Positions 1 to 14,294 are shown, counted from the first letter of the stretch. The stretch: DNA of 64,000 bases from Eledone cirrhosa (GCA_964016885.1 OZ024754.1:27466001-27530000), one strand, 5' to 3'. Numbers and translations are program-made. The notes: a model not told the origin generated them from the sequence alone.

Positions 1-121
1 TAATACTTCTAGGAATCAAGTCGAGCCCTCTGAGCGCTCACCCATTGGTAATACTTTTGATATACCTAATTCTAATAATGTTGTTTCTACTGATCCTATT
101 ATTGGCCCTAATCCTTTTGAT

Positions 122-1075
122 ATGATTCCAGATGGCAGCAGATATACTAGAGGTAGAAACAGAAAGAGACTTAATCGAGTTTCGGCTGATTCTAGTAATG
201 TGGTTTTAACTAATCCTTGTAGTAACCCAAATCTTAATAATGGGATATTAGATAACGGTAGAGTTAGTAAGGATAAAAATAGAAAGAGACTAAATACTTA
301 TTTTAACACGCCATATAATCAGGAAGTATTAACTAACATCCCTAGGTCTTTCTTTTCTATCTTAGAGAAAAACTTCCCTCCTACTAATAAATACCATAGT
401 ATTTTTAATAAAAATGTAATTAAACTTTCATTCTCTACCACCCCTAATATTAGTTCTCATTTAGCTAGCACTAACAATGGGAAAATTAGGGATGGATACT
501 CCTCTCTACGTACTACTAGTCTGAATAGATCCGTAAATGCCTTACCACCAGAGCAGACTTTATCTCATAGTAATCCTACGTGCGATGTATCACTACTTCA
601 GCCGATCAATAACACCCGGAAGTGTAACTGTAGAGTGAGTGCTAACTGCCCTTTAAACGGTAACTGCCTCTCTAAGAACATCGTTTATGCTTGTGTGGTT
701 AAAACTAATTCTTTTAATAGCACATATATAGGCTCTACATCTAATACTTTTAAGACTAGGTTTAATTCTTATATCTCTAATTTTAAGCATGTTAAGTTTA
801 AGAATTCTACTTCTTTAGCACACCATATCTGGGATCTTAAGGGGGCTAATATACCATATAGCCTTAGTTGGCGTATAGTAGCACGCTCTAATAACCTTTC
901 AACACATACTAAATTTTGCAATCTCTGTATCCTTGAGACCCACTCTATAATTTTCTCTAGGGAAACCTTACTTAATAGAAAGTCTGAGATATTCTCTTCT
1001 TGCCCCCACGCCATTTCAAATTCTTACTTTTATTATAAACCTAAAGGTTCTAGTAGTGTAAATTGTATCCATTAG
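122..1075 (+). CDS. PLE linker + GIY-YIG endonuclease (Naiad-like), C-terminal fragment
   Basis: YFNTPY, CNCRxxxxCPLxGxCL, IVY...YIGST, FKTRF, HIWDLK, CNLCILE, LLNRKSE, SCPH motifs. The start ATG is probably not the real start. Confidence 0.85.
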   Translation: MIPDGSRYTRGRNRKRLNRVSADSSNVVLTNPCSNPNLNNGILDNGRVSKDKNRKRLNTYFNTPYNQEVLTNIPRSFFSILEKNFPPTNKYHSIFNKNVIKLSFSTTPNISSHLASTNNGKIRDGYSSLRTTSLNRSVNALPPEQTLSHSNPTCDVSLLQPINNTRKCNCRVSANCPLNGNCLSKNIVYACVVKTNSFNSTYIGSTSNTFKTRFNSYISNFKHVKFKNSTSLAHHIWDLKGANIPYSLSWRIVARSNNLSTHTKFCNLCILETHSIIFSRETLLNRKSEIFSSCPHAISNSYFYYKPKGSSSVNCIH

Positions 1076-2392
1076 CTGCTACATTCCCTTATCTTTTTAG
1101 TTAAGGTTTATTATGTTTACCACCATCATTATTATCATTTTTATCATTGGCTTTTGACAGCTTTTCATTATAGCTTTCATAATCTTTTGGCTACCATACC
1201 ATTTCTATCTTCTTAAATATTATATTTTCACTATTAACACCTTACGAGTTTATATCTGATTATATATTTTATTTTATTTTATATTATTCTATTTTATTTA
1301 ATTTGGATTCTTCTTTGGATAACTACCCCCCCCCCCACACACACACACATGTCACTCGCCCCTTCAAATATACTATAATTATATTCAATTCCCTTTTACG
1401 CTCCTTTCTATTGTATAATACAGTATGTTGATTATGATTTTATGCTCTTTCGTATCCTCCATACATTTCTTTTTTCTGTCCCCATTGGCCTACCATAACT
1501 CTATTTAAAGTCTGTTTATTAGATAACGTTATTCAACTGATAGTTGAATATTTCATTTTTTCCAGATTCATTTTTTTCCAGATATATTTTTATAGTGATA
1601 TCTTTAAATTCGGGGATTTTGATTACTTAAACCATAGCTAATTTTGTATGGACTTATTATGTATTTTAAGTACTTTCAATATTAATTAATTTAATAGGGT
1701 TTTCTTGTCATTTATCCGGGTTTGTTTCCTAAATGTTTTACTTAACTGCATGTGGCACCTAAGTAAATACTTTTGTTTTTGTTTTTCGATTTCCGGTTGA
1801 TTGTATTTATTTATATATACTAACGTGCGTAGTCTGTCTGTCTGGCTCTCATTCACTTATTCACAAATGTCTCTCCATCAACCATGTAATTATGTATATT
1901 ATACTATGTTCAATATTTTATATTGAAATTTTATATCATTCCACTTTTTGTAAACGTACTACTGATCATTATTATTTACCGATTATTAAATGTACCATTA
2001 TGTTATGTTAAATTCTGTAAATCCTGTAATATGTTTATATTTTTATAATTCTTGTAATGTTTGGATAATATTTATTTACACCAACTGTATAGAAATTTGA
2101 CCTCCATCTATTTTCTTGCAATGGTTTTGATATTTTTCCAACATAATTTTTCCAATATAATTTAGTTCTGTACAATATTTTTTCTCACCCGGTCTGTAAC
2201 TCTATATGATTTGTTAAGTTATATGCCATTATATTATAATATTGTGATTTTAGTGTTATTGTAACATTTATATTGTTTGTGCAAATTAACCGGAGATTAT
2301 CTATTATATAATTATATAATATATTATATATTTTATGCTTACTTTTAATCATTTATTCTTCATTTTATACTGTAAATATTATATGTATTATA

Positions 2393-2478
2393 TTTTTATT
2401 TTATTTTCATTTTTATTTTTATTTTTATTTTTATTTTTATTTTTATTTTTATTATTTTTATTTTTATTTTTATTTTTA

Positions 2479-2509
<31 letters not shown>

Positions 2510-2620
2510 TTTATTTTTATTTTTATTTTTATTTTTATTTTTATTTTTATTTTTATTTTTATTTTTATTTTTATTTTTATTTTTATTTTTATTTTTATTT
2601 TTATTTTTATTTTTATTTTT
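2393..2620. repeat. (TTTTTA)n hexamer microsatellite
   Basis: Direct reading. Confidence 0.95.
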
Positions 2621-2817
2621 CTTATTCTTATTTATATTTAAACTCTTAATAAGGGTTAGTTTGTGCTTCTATTGATGGAAATGTGTATTAATATATATGT
2701 ATATATGTGTACATATGTATATATATATGTATATTGGGCCTTTTAACATTATTATTATTATCATTATTAATTATATTATATTATATTATATTATATTATA
2801 TTATATTATATATATAA

Positions 2818-3005
2818 GGGCGGTGGATTGGCAGTATCGGTAGAGGGTCGGACGCCATGCTTTCTAGCATAGTTACGTCCCTTTACGATCTGAGTTCAAA
2901 TCCCGCCGAGGTTGACTTTGCCTTTCATCCTTACGGGGTCGATAAAATAAAGTACCAGTAATGCACTGGGTAATTGCTGGCCTTGTGCCTAAAGTAGAAA
3001 TAATT
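2818..3005 (+). mobile_element. tRNA-derived SINE with Nin-like central domain, full length
   Basis: A-box-like TGGCAGTATCGG, B-box GAGTTCAAATCC, GCCTTTCATCCTTACGGGGTCGATAAA core, AT-rich TSD-like flanks; near-identical copies elsewhere in the window. Confidence 0.85.
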
Positions 3006-3250
3006 ATATTATATATAGTACAATAATTCCCGCTCTATATCACCACCTCTGTTTTAGCTCTAGTTTTTGCATTGGACTATATTTGTAATATGGTTCAAAA
3101 TGTTACTTACTTCCTTAGCAATTTTCACTTGATAATTTTTTACTTAATAATTTTTACCCGATTATTTTCCTATGATTTAATCTATGTACACTCCATATTC
3201 ATCAGAGTTTCGGCTTGTATTGGCTGATAGTGCTTCTTATTGCTTTAATT

Positions 3251-3288
3251 GCCCTGATGAGTCCTTAATAGTACGAAACATTGTTGGC
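3251..3288 (+). ncRNA. Minimal type I hammerhead ribozyme
   Basis: GCC-CTGATGA-GTCC(TTAATA)GTAC-GAAAC-ATT-GTT-GGC, followed by AATAAA; one stem II mismatch. Confidence 0.65.
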
Positions 3289-3435
3289 TAATAAAGACTT
3301 TTGATGTATTGAAGGCTTCTTTGGTTTATTTTCATAATTCTTTGGCTCTGTTTAATTACATTGAGCTATACCTTTACTGTCATTTCTATAATACGAAGAG
3401 GGTATTTAAATCCAACACACTCTAGTATTTCAATT

Positions 3436-3514
<79 letters not shown>

Positions 3515-3520
<6 letters not shown>

Positions 3521-4094
3521 GAATAAACAAGAGAGCCGAACACTAATATAAACATACATGTGTTCGTATCGTAAGGACTAAAATTTGTCGGCTCCATCAT
3601 GTAGAGCTAATTTTTATGGTCCTGTCAGCCAGGCTGCTATTTTTAGCGGCAGGGAATTTCGAGACAATCTGGGTTCCGAATGACACGTGCGATAATTCAT
3701 ATCGTACACAATTCATTCTCTAATATTTTTAGAAGTGAAAGGATCACTAATTTCTCAACAACTACCGAGGAGCAGAGAAACGTGAAAACTTCACTCAATA
3801 AGTCGTTGCGAAACAGTCTCCAACACTGTCTAGTTGTTACCAAGCATTTTTGCCCAATATAGGTCTGTTATTTTCCTTAATTTTTCTTAATTTAATATTT
3901 AAAGTTAAGGATAACAAACTATATTGCTGTAGTTAGTATTGTTTCAGCCTAGCAAATCTGGTCCTTGCGATTCGAACACATGTATGTTTATATTAGTGTT
4001 CATCTCTTTTGTTTATTCAATTATATTGTACGGCTCGGAAAAGCTTTTTTCTTAGAGCTATTTAATTGTAAGGGACTACCCTGAGTTCTTAACT

Positions 4095-4098
<4 letters not shown>
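3515..4098 (+). mobile_element. Non-coding PLE-type insertion with inverted arm and 3' tail, in (TA)n
   Basis: 3515-3578 is the reverse complement of 3961-4025; ~70-nt tail; relative at 10580-10860. Confidence 0.6.
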
Positions 4099-4124
<26 letters not shown>

Positions 4125-4130
<6 letters not shown>

Positions 4131-4435
4131 CTTATTAAAATAATATAAACAACTCACTATCCAGATGGCTTCCAAAAATAATGGTTGCATCTTAAAAGGG
4201 TACGTCAAAGCTCATTTGTAAAACTGTTATATATTGTATTTTGTCTGATGAAGGCATACCATAATTTAATTTGGTATCCCTGAAATATGTATAATGAAAT
4301 AAATATGGTTTTATAAATATAGTTTCCATTTATTAATATCGTATATCTACTCCAAATACTTGTCGAGTGCTTTATATCAGTTATAAAAATATTTACTTGT
4401 TGTATCCCAACAATTTTAAATAGAACTTTTGCATA
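4125..4435 (+). mobile_element. Solo pseudo-LTR/3' end of the 50755-54535 Naiad-like family, with HHR
   Basis: Nearly identical to 54228-54535; flanked by (TA)n. Confidence 0.85.
4238..4300 (+). ncRNA. Type I hammerhead ribozyme
   Basis: ATTTTGT-CTGATGA-AGGCATACCA/TGGTATCCCT-GAAA-TATGTA-TA|ATGAAAT. Confidence 0.75.
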
Positions 4436-4917
<482 letters not shown>

Positions 4918-5307
4918 AGAAGGTGGGAGATAGATCGATAGATTGATGTTTGCATACAGACGTTGATAGCTACAAAAATATGATGCATATTTTCAAGACC
5001 ATTCATATGTGTGACACTTGGCATCTTCGCTATCGATTATCGATTATTCATTAGAAGCAACATTGATGAGTAGATGATGTCTTATTTAATTAGAAGAGTA
5101 GCATTTAAGTTTCGTCTCAATTGAAGATATTGATTGGTTCATCGATCGATCTACTGTTTAGTGTAATTTGATTTCTGGACTTATTTTTCAACAGCTAATA
5201 GTTCAGGAGTAGGGTCAGGATGGCAGATAAATCATACATTCCACTTCGGTGATATATATGCATACGTGTGTGTGTGTGTGTGTGTCTATGTGTTTTTGTG
5301 TGTGTGC

Positions 5308-5356
<49 letters not shown>

Positions 5357-5358
<2 letters not shown>

Positions 5359-5770
5359 TTAAAATAACAGATTAAAGTTTAAGCAAAGAATCGCTGCTTT
5401 CACCCTTAACGGGATCTTCTGAAACTATAAAAGTCAATCTGTGAACGCAGAAGTAAATATTTCAAAAAACGTTGCAACCGAAGGAAGACAGGAAGACGAT
5501 ACTTTGGTTCGTGGAAACGTTCCCTGGCAAAGAACGGAAAAAAACGAAGATAATACGTCGTTATTTGGAGCGGGAAAACAATTACACGCAAAGACAAAAC
5601 CACGTTTATGGTATAAATGAAGTCGTAGACTAATATTCTATTAGGTGGTTCGTGGGGGCGTTCTCTGGAAATGAACGGAAAAAAACGAAGATAATACGTT
5701 CTTATATATCTGATATATATTTGTCCTTATCGATCCCCCTTTGGATTTTAGTCTTCAAATATATTATTAT

Positions 5771-5775
<5 letters not shown>
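5357..5775. mobile_element. PLE-type terminal fragment (family also at 10467-10578, 39144-39364, 50003-50228)
   Basis: Shared ATTAAAATAACAGATTAAAG end and CTTCAAAT..TATTATTACTA tail; between (TA)n tracts. Confidence 0.6.
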
Positions 5776-5830
<55 letters not shown>

Positions 5831-5834
<4 letters not shown>

Positions 5835-6025
5835 TTAATATAGATGAGATTCTACAGGACTAGAACTGTTTCATTCATTAGAAATCATCAGGATTCCTGA
5901 TGATTTCTAATGAATGAAACAGTTCTAGTCCTGTAGAATCTCATCTATATTAAAACTGTTATACTCTGCTATGTATTGAGTACCTTACTTACTGTGGTTA
6001 CCTCCGATTCAACCCGGAATAACGT
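5831..6025 (+). mobile_element. Perfect 63-bp-arm palindrome plus 68-nt tail; PLE pLTR remnant with HHR core
   Basis: Centre at 5894; CTGATGA-TTTC TAAT GAAT-GAAAC AGTT in the right arm; relatives at 9917-9978, 25177-25325, 39391-39515. Confidence 0.75.
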
Positions 6026-6369
6026 ATATATATATATATATATATATATTTATGTAGATAAATCTACCAAAATATACGGTACTGTCCAATCCGTATGAAG
6101 AACTCAATGTAATCCAAATATCATGAAAAGAGATGATGCATTCAAAAATTTTCGATGAAAATCATAGGAAAACAGAGTCAAGATAAATTAATAAAAACAA
6201 TGAAATAAAAATAAGGAAACGATCGTAAAATGATGAATTTTTTAATATAAGGAACTTGTTCTTTATTTTTATTTCATTGTTTTTATTAATTTATATATAT
6301 ATATATGTGTATGTATGTATGTATGTATTTATGTGTATATATGTAAAGAGAGAGATAAATAAATAGGTA

Positions 6370-6371
6370 GG

Positions 6372-6461
<90 letters not shown>
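6370..6461. repeat. (GATA)n microsatellite
   Basis: Direct reading. Confidence 0.95.
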
Positions 6462-7017
6462 TGCCGTGAATAATGAATACGTTTGCTATAGTGTGTTGCA
6501 GAGTAGGAATGAAAATGACTTCGACGAAATCTGAGACACTCATCTTCTCAAGAAAGCCTGCACAGTTGAAGTACACTGAACCAAGTAGATAAGTTAAAGT
6601 ATATCAGGGCCCTTTTCACCAATGCCAGAAGTCATATGTCTTAAATGCAAGAATTGCTGGAGTTTGCGCATTACTGCACCAGCGTCAGCCCTCGGTTGTC
6701 AGACGAAGGGAAGTGGATGTAAAATCCTACCTCGCTACCTTCAATTCCGTATTCGTGCCTTCTCTTACCTTAGATATGTTTATATATTTGTACACGTTGA
6801 TGCAGTCTCTGTTAAACATTCAGTATATAAACAGATGTAACTTTATCATACACTTCGGTTGCTACAGCCACCTCTTACTATATATCTTAATTAATTACCA
6901 GCATGAGCGCTAATTATATGCAAATTAGTATGTCCATTTTAGAATAAAGCTAAGAGCGAATGGGATTATATACTCATCGAATACATATTTCCTTGTGATT
7001 GATTAGATGATATACAC

Positions 7018-7060
7018 TCCTTCTGATGAAGGTCGAATAAGAGACGAAATTCGATTAAAC
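7018..7060 (+). ncRNA. Degenerate hammerhead-like motif
   Basis: CTGATGA-AGGTC..GAC-GAAA-TTCGATT; stem I is weak. Confidence 0.4.
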
Positions 7061-7194
7061 CTGTTTATCGTTGTTTCAATTTACATGGAAATTCGTATTT
7101 TCAGGTATGTTTACATGTCTTCCTATTAGATATGTGTATATATTCATGTACGTTTGTGCAATCTCGCTTACATACGCATATAACTATATATATA

Positions 7195-7353
7195 TAAGAT
7201 CAAAAGATCGTTAAAAGAGTTCCATGTATTTTATTATGCGCATTTCAAAAACAAATATCATGGGGTGATATTTGCGTTCTCATCAGATAAAATAGGGAAA
7301 CATGATATGAAGTTTAAAAAACACTTGCGAGCAGTGAATTGTTAAATCAACAT
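7195..7353 (-). mobile_element. pLTR fragment with HHR (family of 43156-45380 and 59808-59997)
   Basis: Similar to 43157-43323. Confidence 0.8.
7229..7292 (-). ncRNA. Type I hammerhead ribozyme
   Basis: TTTTAT-CTGATGA-GAACGCAAATATCA/TGATATTTGTTTTT-GAAA-TGCGCA-TA|ATAAAA; palindromic stem III. Confidence 0.8.
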
Positions 7354-7772
7354 ATATATATATACAACTAAATGTGCATATGTGTATATGTGCACACACA
7401 GATACACACTCACTTGACAGTTCTGTACAATTTGCAAGTAGGTTTATAGCTAAGCCGCCACATGGGGTCAGTAAAAACTAAACTATGGTTTTAGTGGGGG
7501 TCATTCTGACAGATGCTGTATTTGTCATATATCACTTTATGGTTATCTGCTTATGAACTACAGTCTCTTTTACTCGCTTCTGAAATTCCTGTAAATTATA
7601 TATTCCTGTAGATTATATATATTAAATGTAAATTATATATATTAAATGTCAATTATACATTTAACCACTTTTATACCTAAATGTAGCAGAAACCCCTAAA
7701 TGTAGCAAAAACCCCTAAAAACCCAAGTTAATGTATCTTTCGTATTTGTTTGTTGTTTTTACTACCCATTAC

Positions 7773-7915
7773 CGTTCTGAGTTCAAATCCCGCTGATGTC
7801 AGCTTAGACTTTCATCCTTCTAAAATCGATAAACTAAAATAGTGGGATCATTATAATTAACATTCCCCTTCCCTAATATTCTGGCCTCGAGCCGATGTTA
7901 GATAGAATTATTATT
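7773..7915 (+). mobile_element. Diverged, truncated Nin-type SINE
   Basis: GAGTTCAAATCCCGCTGATGTC..CTTTCATCCTT..TCGATAAA. Confidence 0.65.
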
Positions 7916-8761
7916 TTCGGTGATGTGTTATTTTCTGTTATACCAATATCAATTTCCTATCATATACTTTACTGCTATATTTGATTCTTTAATTGTGTCA
8001 GGTGTCGGATTCATAGGAGGTAAATAGCTTCTGCCGTACAAAGAGGTCTGATTTTAGAACTTAATTTCCCATGTAATTTGCCGAAAAAGTTGTTCCGTTG
8101 ATCAAACAAATAGTCCGGCACATCTGTATAGAAAATAAAAAGAGAAAAGAATTACATATGAAATACGAGTACAATTTTCAATCAACGTCGTGATTAAAAG
8201 CATCAGCGAGGCCACCATTTATATAGACCCAGTAGTGTATACTTTAGTGTATTACAGCTATTACAGCATATATTTTACATTAGGCCATGGCACATATATT
8301 GCCATATAGTCAATTGGTGTATTATGCTAGAAGTTTCTTTGTATCGATAGTAATGGCGACCGTGGGGATGGAATCAGCAAATTAATCAATATCAGACTTC
8401 AGAAGAGCCACAAAGCTCGGATGAAATTAGCATCTGATACTATTAAATTGTTTTTTCATGAGAAAGACGCTAGAAGAGTTGTTATCAAACCATCTTTGCC
8501 CTTTCATCTTCCAGGAAATGCTGGCAGTGAAATAACTCCTGTATCGATCAAACTTATTTTTTCTTCTGATTGTGCATATATTTGCAGACTCAGATTCAGA
8601 AATAAGCATATGAACACAGCCAGACATCAGTACACACAACCAAACATCAATACACACACACACACACACACACTTACACAGGGACATAAAAAAAACACTT
8701 TTTCTATTTATAAGTTTATACGTATATACATGTACATGTACATAATTTGAAACATAATTAG

Positions 8762-8815
<54 letters not shown>

Positions 8816-9298
8816 CACACATTTATATTTGTGCGTGTGTGTGTGCGTGTATGGGGGGGGTGTTTAGATGTACAGACAGAAGGAAGAGGGCTAAATACAT
8901 GTAATGGAAATGTATTTAGTGCCGTCTGTATTCATAGTTTATCACTGTTTCCTACATGAATCGTCAAGTTTGTACATTAAACATATATTATAGACATGTG
9001 TCAGTGTGTTGGTCTTCCGCTGTTTCCGACGATGCTTCATCCAGTTATTTTGTTTAACGAAAAACAAGTAAACTACTCGTGAATTTAACTTATACGTGAA
9101 TGTGTTTCGCAGGGAGATTCGGTGCAACACAATGCGTGACAAGACTGTGTATTTGAATTGCAGGTACAGCTCACCTGTTGCTAGTTAAGTGAACTGGAGC
9201 AACGTAAAATGGAGCGCCATGCACAAGGATAAATCATGCCGGCGGAAATACAACTTACAACCTTACTGTCACAAACGTAAATAAGAAAGCCACATGCC

Positions 9299-9770
<472 letters not shown>

Positions 9771-9783
9771 ATATATATATATA

Positions 9784-9881
<98 letters not shown>

Positions 9882-9977
9882 ATATATATATATATATATA
9901 TATAGATATAGATATTCTCTGCAATGTATTGAGTACCTTACTTACTGTGGTTACCTCCGATTCAACCCGGAATAACG

Positions 9978-10051
<74 letters not shown>

Positions 10052-10169
10052 TATATATATATAAACCTCAATTGAATATATAACTTTATATATATATATA
10101 TATATATATATAAGCAAATTATAAACGTAAACATGTAAGTATGTTTTTGAAACGGTGCGCGAGTTTGAA

Positions 10170-10362
10170 ATTAGAAATTAGAAATTATAAGCTTTCACCG
10201 TATTTTAGACTAAAGAAATGTCTAGCCTGATGAGTGTTGCCGAGCAACATGTACGGCAACACTCATCTTTTTCCATTTCTCCGAGGGTTATAAACCCCAC
10301 TATCAGGCTAGAAATTTCTTTAGTCTAAAATACGGTGAAAGCTTATAATTTCTAATTTCTAA
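10170..10362. mobile_element. Fold-back element with ~62-bp inverted arms and a truncated HHR core
   Basis: 10171-10231 vs 10302-10362; CTGATGA-GTGTTGC CGA GCAACAT-G, broken by a local inversion. Confidence 0.55.
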
Positions 10363-10403
10363 TATATATATATATATATACTGTATATATATATATATAT
10401 ACA

Positions 10404-10474
<71 letters not shown>

Positions 10475-11097
10475 TAACATATTAAAGTTTAAGAATCACT
10501 GCTTTCACCATTAACGGGATCTTCTGAAACTAAAATCAATCTGTGAACGCAGAAGTAAATATTTCCAAAAACGTTGCACATGGTTTCCGAATTTAGTGCG
10601 TCGCGCAGACTCACGTCACTAAAAATAGCAGCAGGGTTTACACGACAATTGAATTAGCTCTACGAATTAACGGAGCCGAATATATCAAAAGCATGTATTG
10701 AGTTAGAAACTCAAAATAGTTTGAACGCATACATGTATATGTCTGTGTTCATTTTACTTTTTGTTCAGTTATACTATACGGCTCGGAAAAACCTTTTTCC
10801 TGGAGCTAATTTTACTTTAATGAGACTATTTTGAGTTTCTAACTCAATACATGCTTTTGATGTATGTATGGATGTATGTATGTATGTATGTATGTATGTA
10901 TGTATGTATGTATGTATGTATGTATATATATATATAGTAATAATAATAAATATTCCAGAAACAACAAAGTCTAAGAGTGAGTTAGTGCGATAATGTTGAC
11001 AACGTTTGTGGAATAAGTCTGATGCTGCTCAACAATAAGACTGGTCAGTCTCGTTGTATATATATATATATATACATATATTATTATTATTATTATT

Positions 11098-11203
11098 AAT
11101 CCCGCCGAGGTTGACTTTGCCTTTCATCCTTACGGGGTCGATAAAATAAAGTACCAGTAATGCACTGGGTAATTGCTGGCCTTGTGCCTAAAGTAGAAAC
11201 AAT
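11098..11203 (+). mobile_element. 5'-truncated Nin-type SINE
   Basis: Matches 2899-3000; ATTATTATTATTAATC on both flanks. Confidence 0.85.
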
Positions 11204-11578
11204 TATTATTATTAATCTACCCTAAGGTTGAGATAACATTCTGGTCGTTTGAACTGCTGCTATTTCTAGTGGCAGGACATTGACCTGTCCGCCCCTGCCT
11301 TCTGTCTTTACACACGGCACTAGACAAAATTGGTTCCTTCCTCATTCACTCTCATCCGGGAACGGTTTTGTATGGCGTCAGTTTGTGATTTGAACTCCGG
11401 AATTTTATATTCTCCGAGCGAGAAGAACCTTCTGACGAGAGTCCCCTTCTCAATGGAAGTCCGCCTGGATTATCCATTTATTTGGGGATTTGAAATCGCA
11501 CGGTAAAGGTACATATAGTAAGTACAGCGAACTTTTTAAAATTTATTTTAAAACTTTTTCTCTATTTGCTAAACCTTG

Positions 11579-11671
<93 letters not shown>

Positions 11672-12508
11672 CGGTACCTAATACCTGTATGTTTGATTGT
11701 TCTGTAGAGAATGTGTATTGTTGAATTCAGTAAAATCAAATATAGCGGTAGAAGTTCGCATCATACGCATGTGAAAAATGTGGCCTACCTTTTTCATGCA
11801 TTTGTATCTATTGACTGGTAGAAAACAACTCGGAGAGCGGTGTTTCACGTAGTTTTAGATTACTGTAAATGAAAGTGTGTGCGAAATGAAAATTTGATGC
11901 CAAAGGATTGTACTTGCAATCAATAGGAGAATTAGATATTAATAAAATGATTCTGTTTGGCATGTTTGATTTAAAGAAATACTCTATATCGTTTGCACGC
12001 TGGCAGCTCCTAGCTACCAATTAATCCATATTTAGTTAGCTTTAGAGCTGACCCATCTAAAATATTGCAGAAATGGTTTGGTTCTGTAGCTCTCTGTGGA
12101 ATTAATCATGTAGGGTCTTATCAAACAATCTCCGACTTAAATACCACTCTCCCTTCAAAGAATGTATATTAATTAGCATTATGCGTTGTATCATGCAATC
12201 ATACTTGTCCGGCATCTCAATGGCGAAATAATACCGTTATGACGCATACAAAAATGTGAACGTAATGAAGAAAGTTTCAGGTATTTAATAGGAAATGTTT
12301 GACATAGTTATTTCTTCATATCAGCAAAATCCTAGGTTTAGTTCCCTGAAATGAAATGTTACGTAGATGAAAATATTTTCTGAGATAATATTATTAACCG
12401 AGATATTTCTAATTTTTCGGTTGTCTTAATGGATATATTTAATACTTTGCTCAAACATTGAAGTATCATGAATAAACACTTTACAACGATACACACACAC
12501 ACACACAC

Positions 12509-12613
<105 letters not shown>

Positions 12614-12764
12614 GAGGAACCTGTACCACACAGGTAAATCTCTAGAATCAGTTTTAAAATAAATCTATTAATCCATACTGTGATTTTCTGATTTTCAATA
12701 CTGATACTCGCGTTCGCCAATGCTAAACAGTAAATATGTAGAGCCTCGTCGAATGTGTGTATAT

Positions 12765-12892
12765 ATATCGAGCTGTCCGCCGGCGAAACAATTGTAACAC
12801 ACAATAAACTGAGTCCAGATGTATCACTGATTTATCGCTTTATATTATATTAAACTCTGCATACCGCCTATGGAAGCATCATAGCTACCATT

Positions 12893-12895
<3 letters not shown>
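12765..12895 (+). mobile_element. 3' end of PLE-type family (also 17780-17982, 28925-29258, 29388-29772)
   Basis: GGCGAAACAATTGTAACACACAATAAA shared; ends at (CA)n. Confidence 0.65.
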
Positions 12896-12962
<67 letters not shown>

Positions 12963-12968
<6 letters not shown>

Positions 12969-14249
12969 AGAGTCAGGACCCCGACGGCTAAGCTCCGGCC
13001 GTTTCGACAGCTTTATCCGAACTTATCAAGGCGTGCAGTCCATATATGGGCGTGTAATGAAAACACAGTAGTAGTAACATATCAAACAATCCTAAAAATT
13101 GTTGTTTTTCTTTTCCATCACGGGGAGTGGTCAAAGATTTTGGGATGTCATATACATAGTTAAATTCCTTCATAGCGATGGGTGGTGGGGTGGGGGTGGT
13201 TGAACTTGCCTGTAGAACAAAGGGGAGGGAGAAAGATGACATTCTGACATGCGGGTGCCAAGTCGGTCATGCGTTAAGAGAGAATACTTTACAGATATCT
13301 CTAAAGGGGGTAAGAACCTATGAGAAACAAGGAATTTGTCTACCCAACTGGGTAGACCACGGCTGTATCTTTTTCCTATTTACAAACTAAGATAGAGGAA
13401 ACCCCAAGCATACTTAGGTAGAAGTGAATATTTTTTTTTTTTCTTCTTTTCTTTTTCCTTCATTAGTTACACACTCTAATTACCCTGAGGTGGATCTTTA
13501 CATATCTACACTATTATATTGTTTCCATTCTTCCTTAGATTAACCCAAATATTTTCACTCCTGTTAAATATACATAGTACCGGCCGAACATACAGTCAGT
13601 GGGTGTTTTTTTTTTTTTGGGAAGATAACATTGATAAATTACTACTTTGCGGTGCTGTTCTAATAACTATATTTTATTAAATAGGAATTTAATTAGTATT
13701 AAAATATATTTGCTTTGCTCTTTAGCCAATGTTAGACCTGGCATACTCATATTCACCCTACAATATTCCTTGTTTCTCATAGGTTCTTACCCCCTTTAGA
13801 GATAACTGTAAAGAATTCTCTCTTAACGCATGACCGACCTGGCACCCACATGTCAGAATGTCATTTTACTCCCCCCCCCCTTTGTTTTACAGGCAAGTTC
13901 AGAACCCTCCACCGGCCCCCGCCGTAATGAATGAATTTAACTATGTATATGACATCCCCAAATCTTTGATCACTCCCCGTGACAGAAAAGAAAAACAATA
14001 ATTTTTAGGATTGTTTGATATGATACTACTGCTATGTTTTCATTACATGCCCATATATGGACTGTGCCACTTGATAAGTTCAGTTAGGTCGCTACCGTCC
14101 TAATAGATTAGTTCGGATCTAGCTGTCGAAACGGCCGGAATTCAACCGTCGGGGCCCTGACTCTTTTCCTATTACCCACTATACTACCCCAAGAATCGAG
14201 GACTCTGGTGCGTTATGGTCCACCTTGTTCCTTACAACACTTTCTTCGT

Positions 14250-14250
<1 letters not shown>
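12963..14250 (+). mobile_element. Non-coding PLE-type insertion: diverged ~370-bp inverted arms, ~430-bp spacer, ~80-nt tail
   Basis: 12965-13335 reverse-complements 13765-14168; degenerate TTGATAA...GAAACGGCCG motif; TA flanks. Confidence 0.7.

Positions 14251-14294
<44 letters not shown>

Larger units (their letters stand above)
1..3440 (+). mobile_element. 3' part of a Penelope-like element (Naiad-like) with long 3' UTR and terminal HHR; 5' end lies outside the window or is truncated
   Basis: GIY-YIG ORF 122-1075, then ~2.3 kb AT-rich UTR, HHR at 3251 with AATAAA, ending at the (TA)n tract at ~3439. Confidence 0.75.

Noticed and set aside
2818-2905. tRNA gene
   Set aside because: A and B boxes belong to a SINE head; no cloverleaf
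5390-5425. HHR in the 5357/39144/50003 family (CAGAAGA-TCCC..GGGT-GAAA)
   Set aside because: Core U4 is missing and there is no clear stem I or NUH site; not called as a ribozyme
7676-7725. Telomere-like CCCTAAA repeats
   Set aside because: Only a short ~19-bp local duplication
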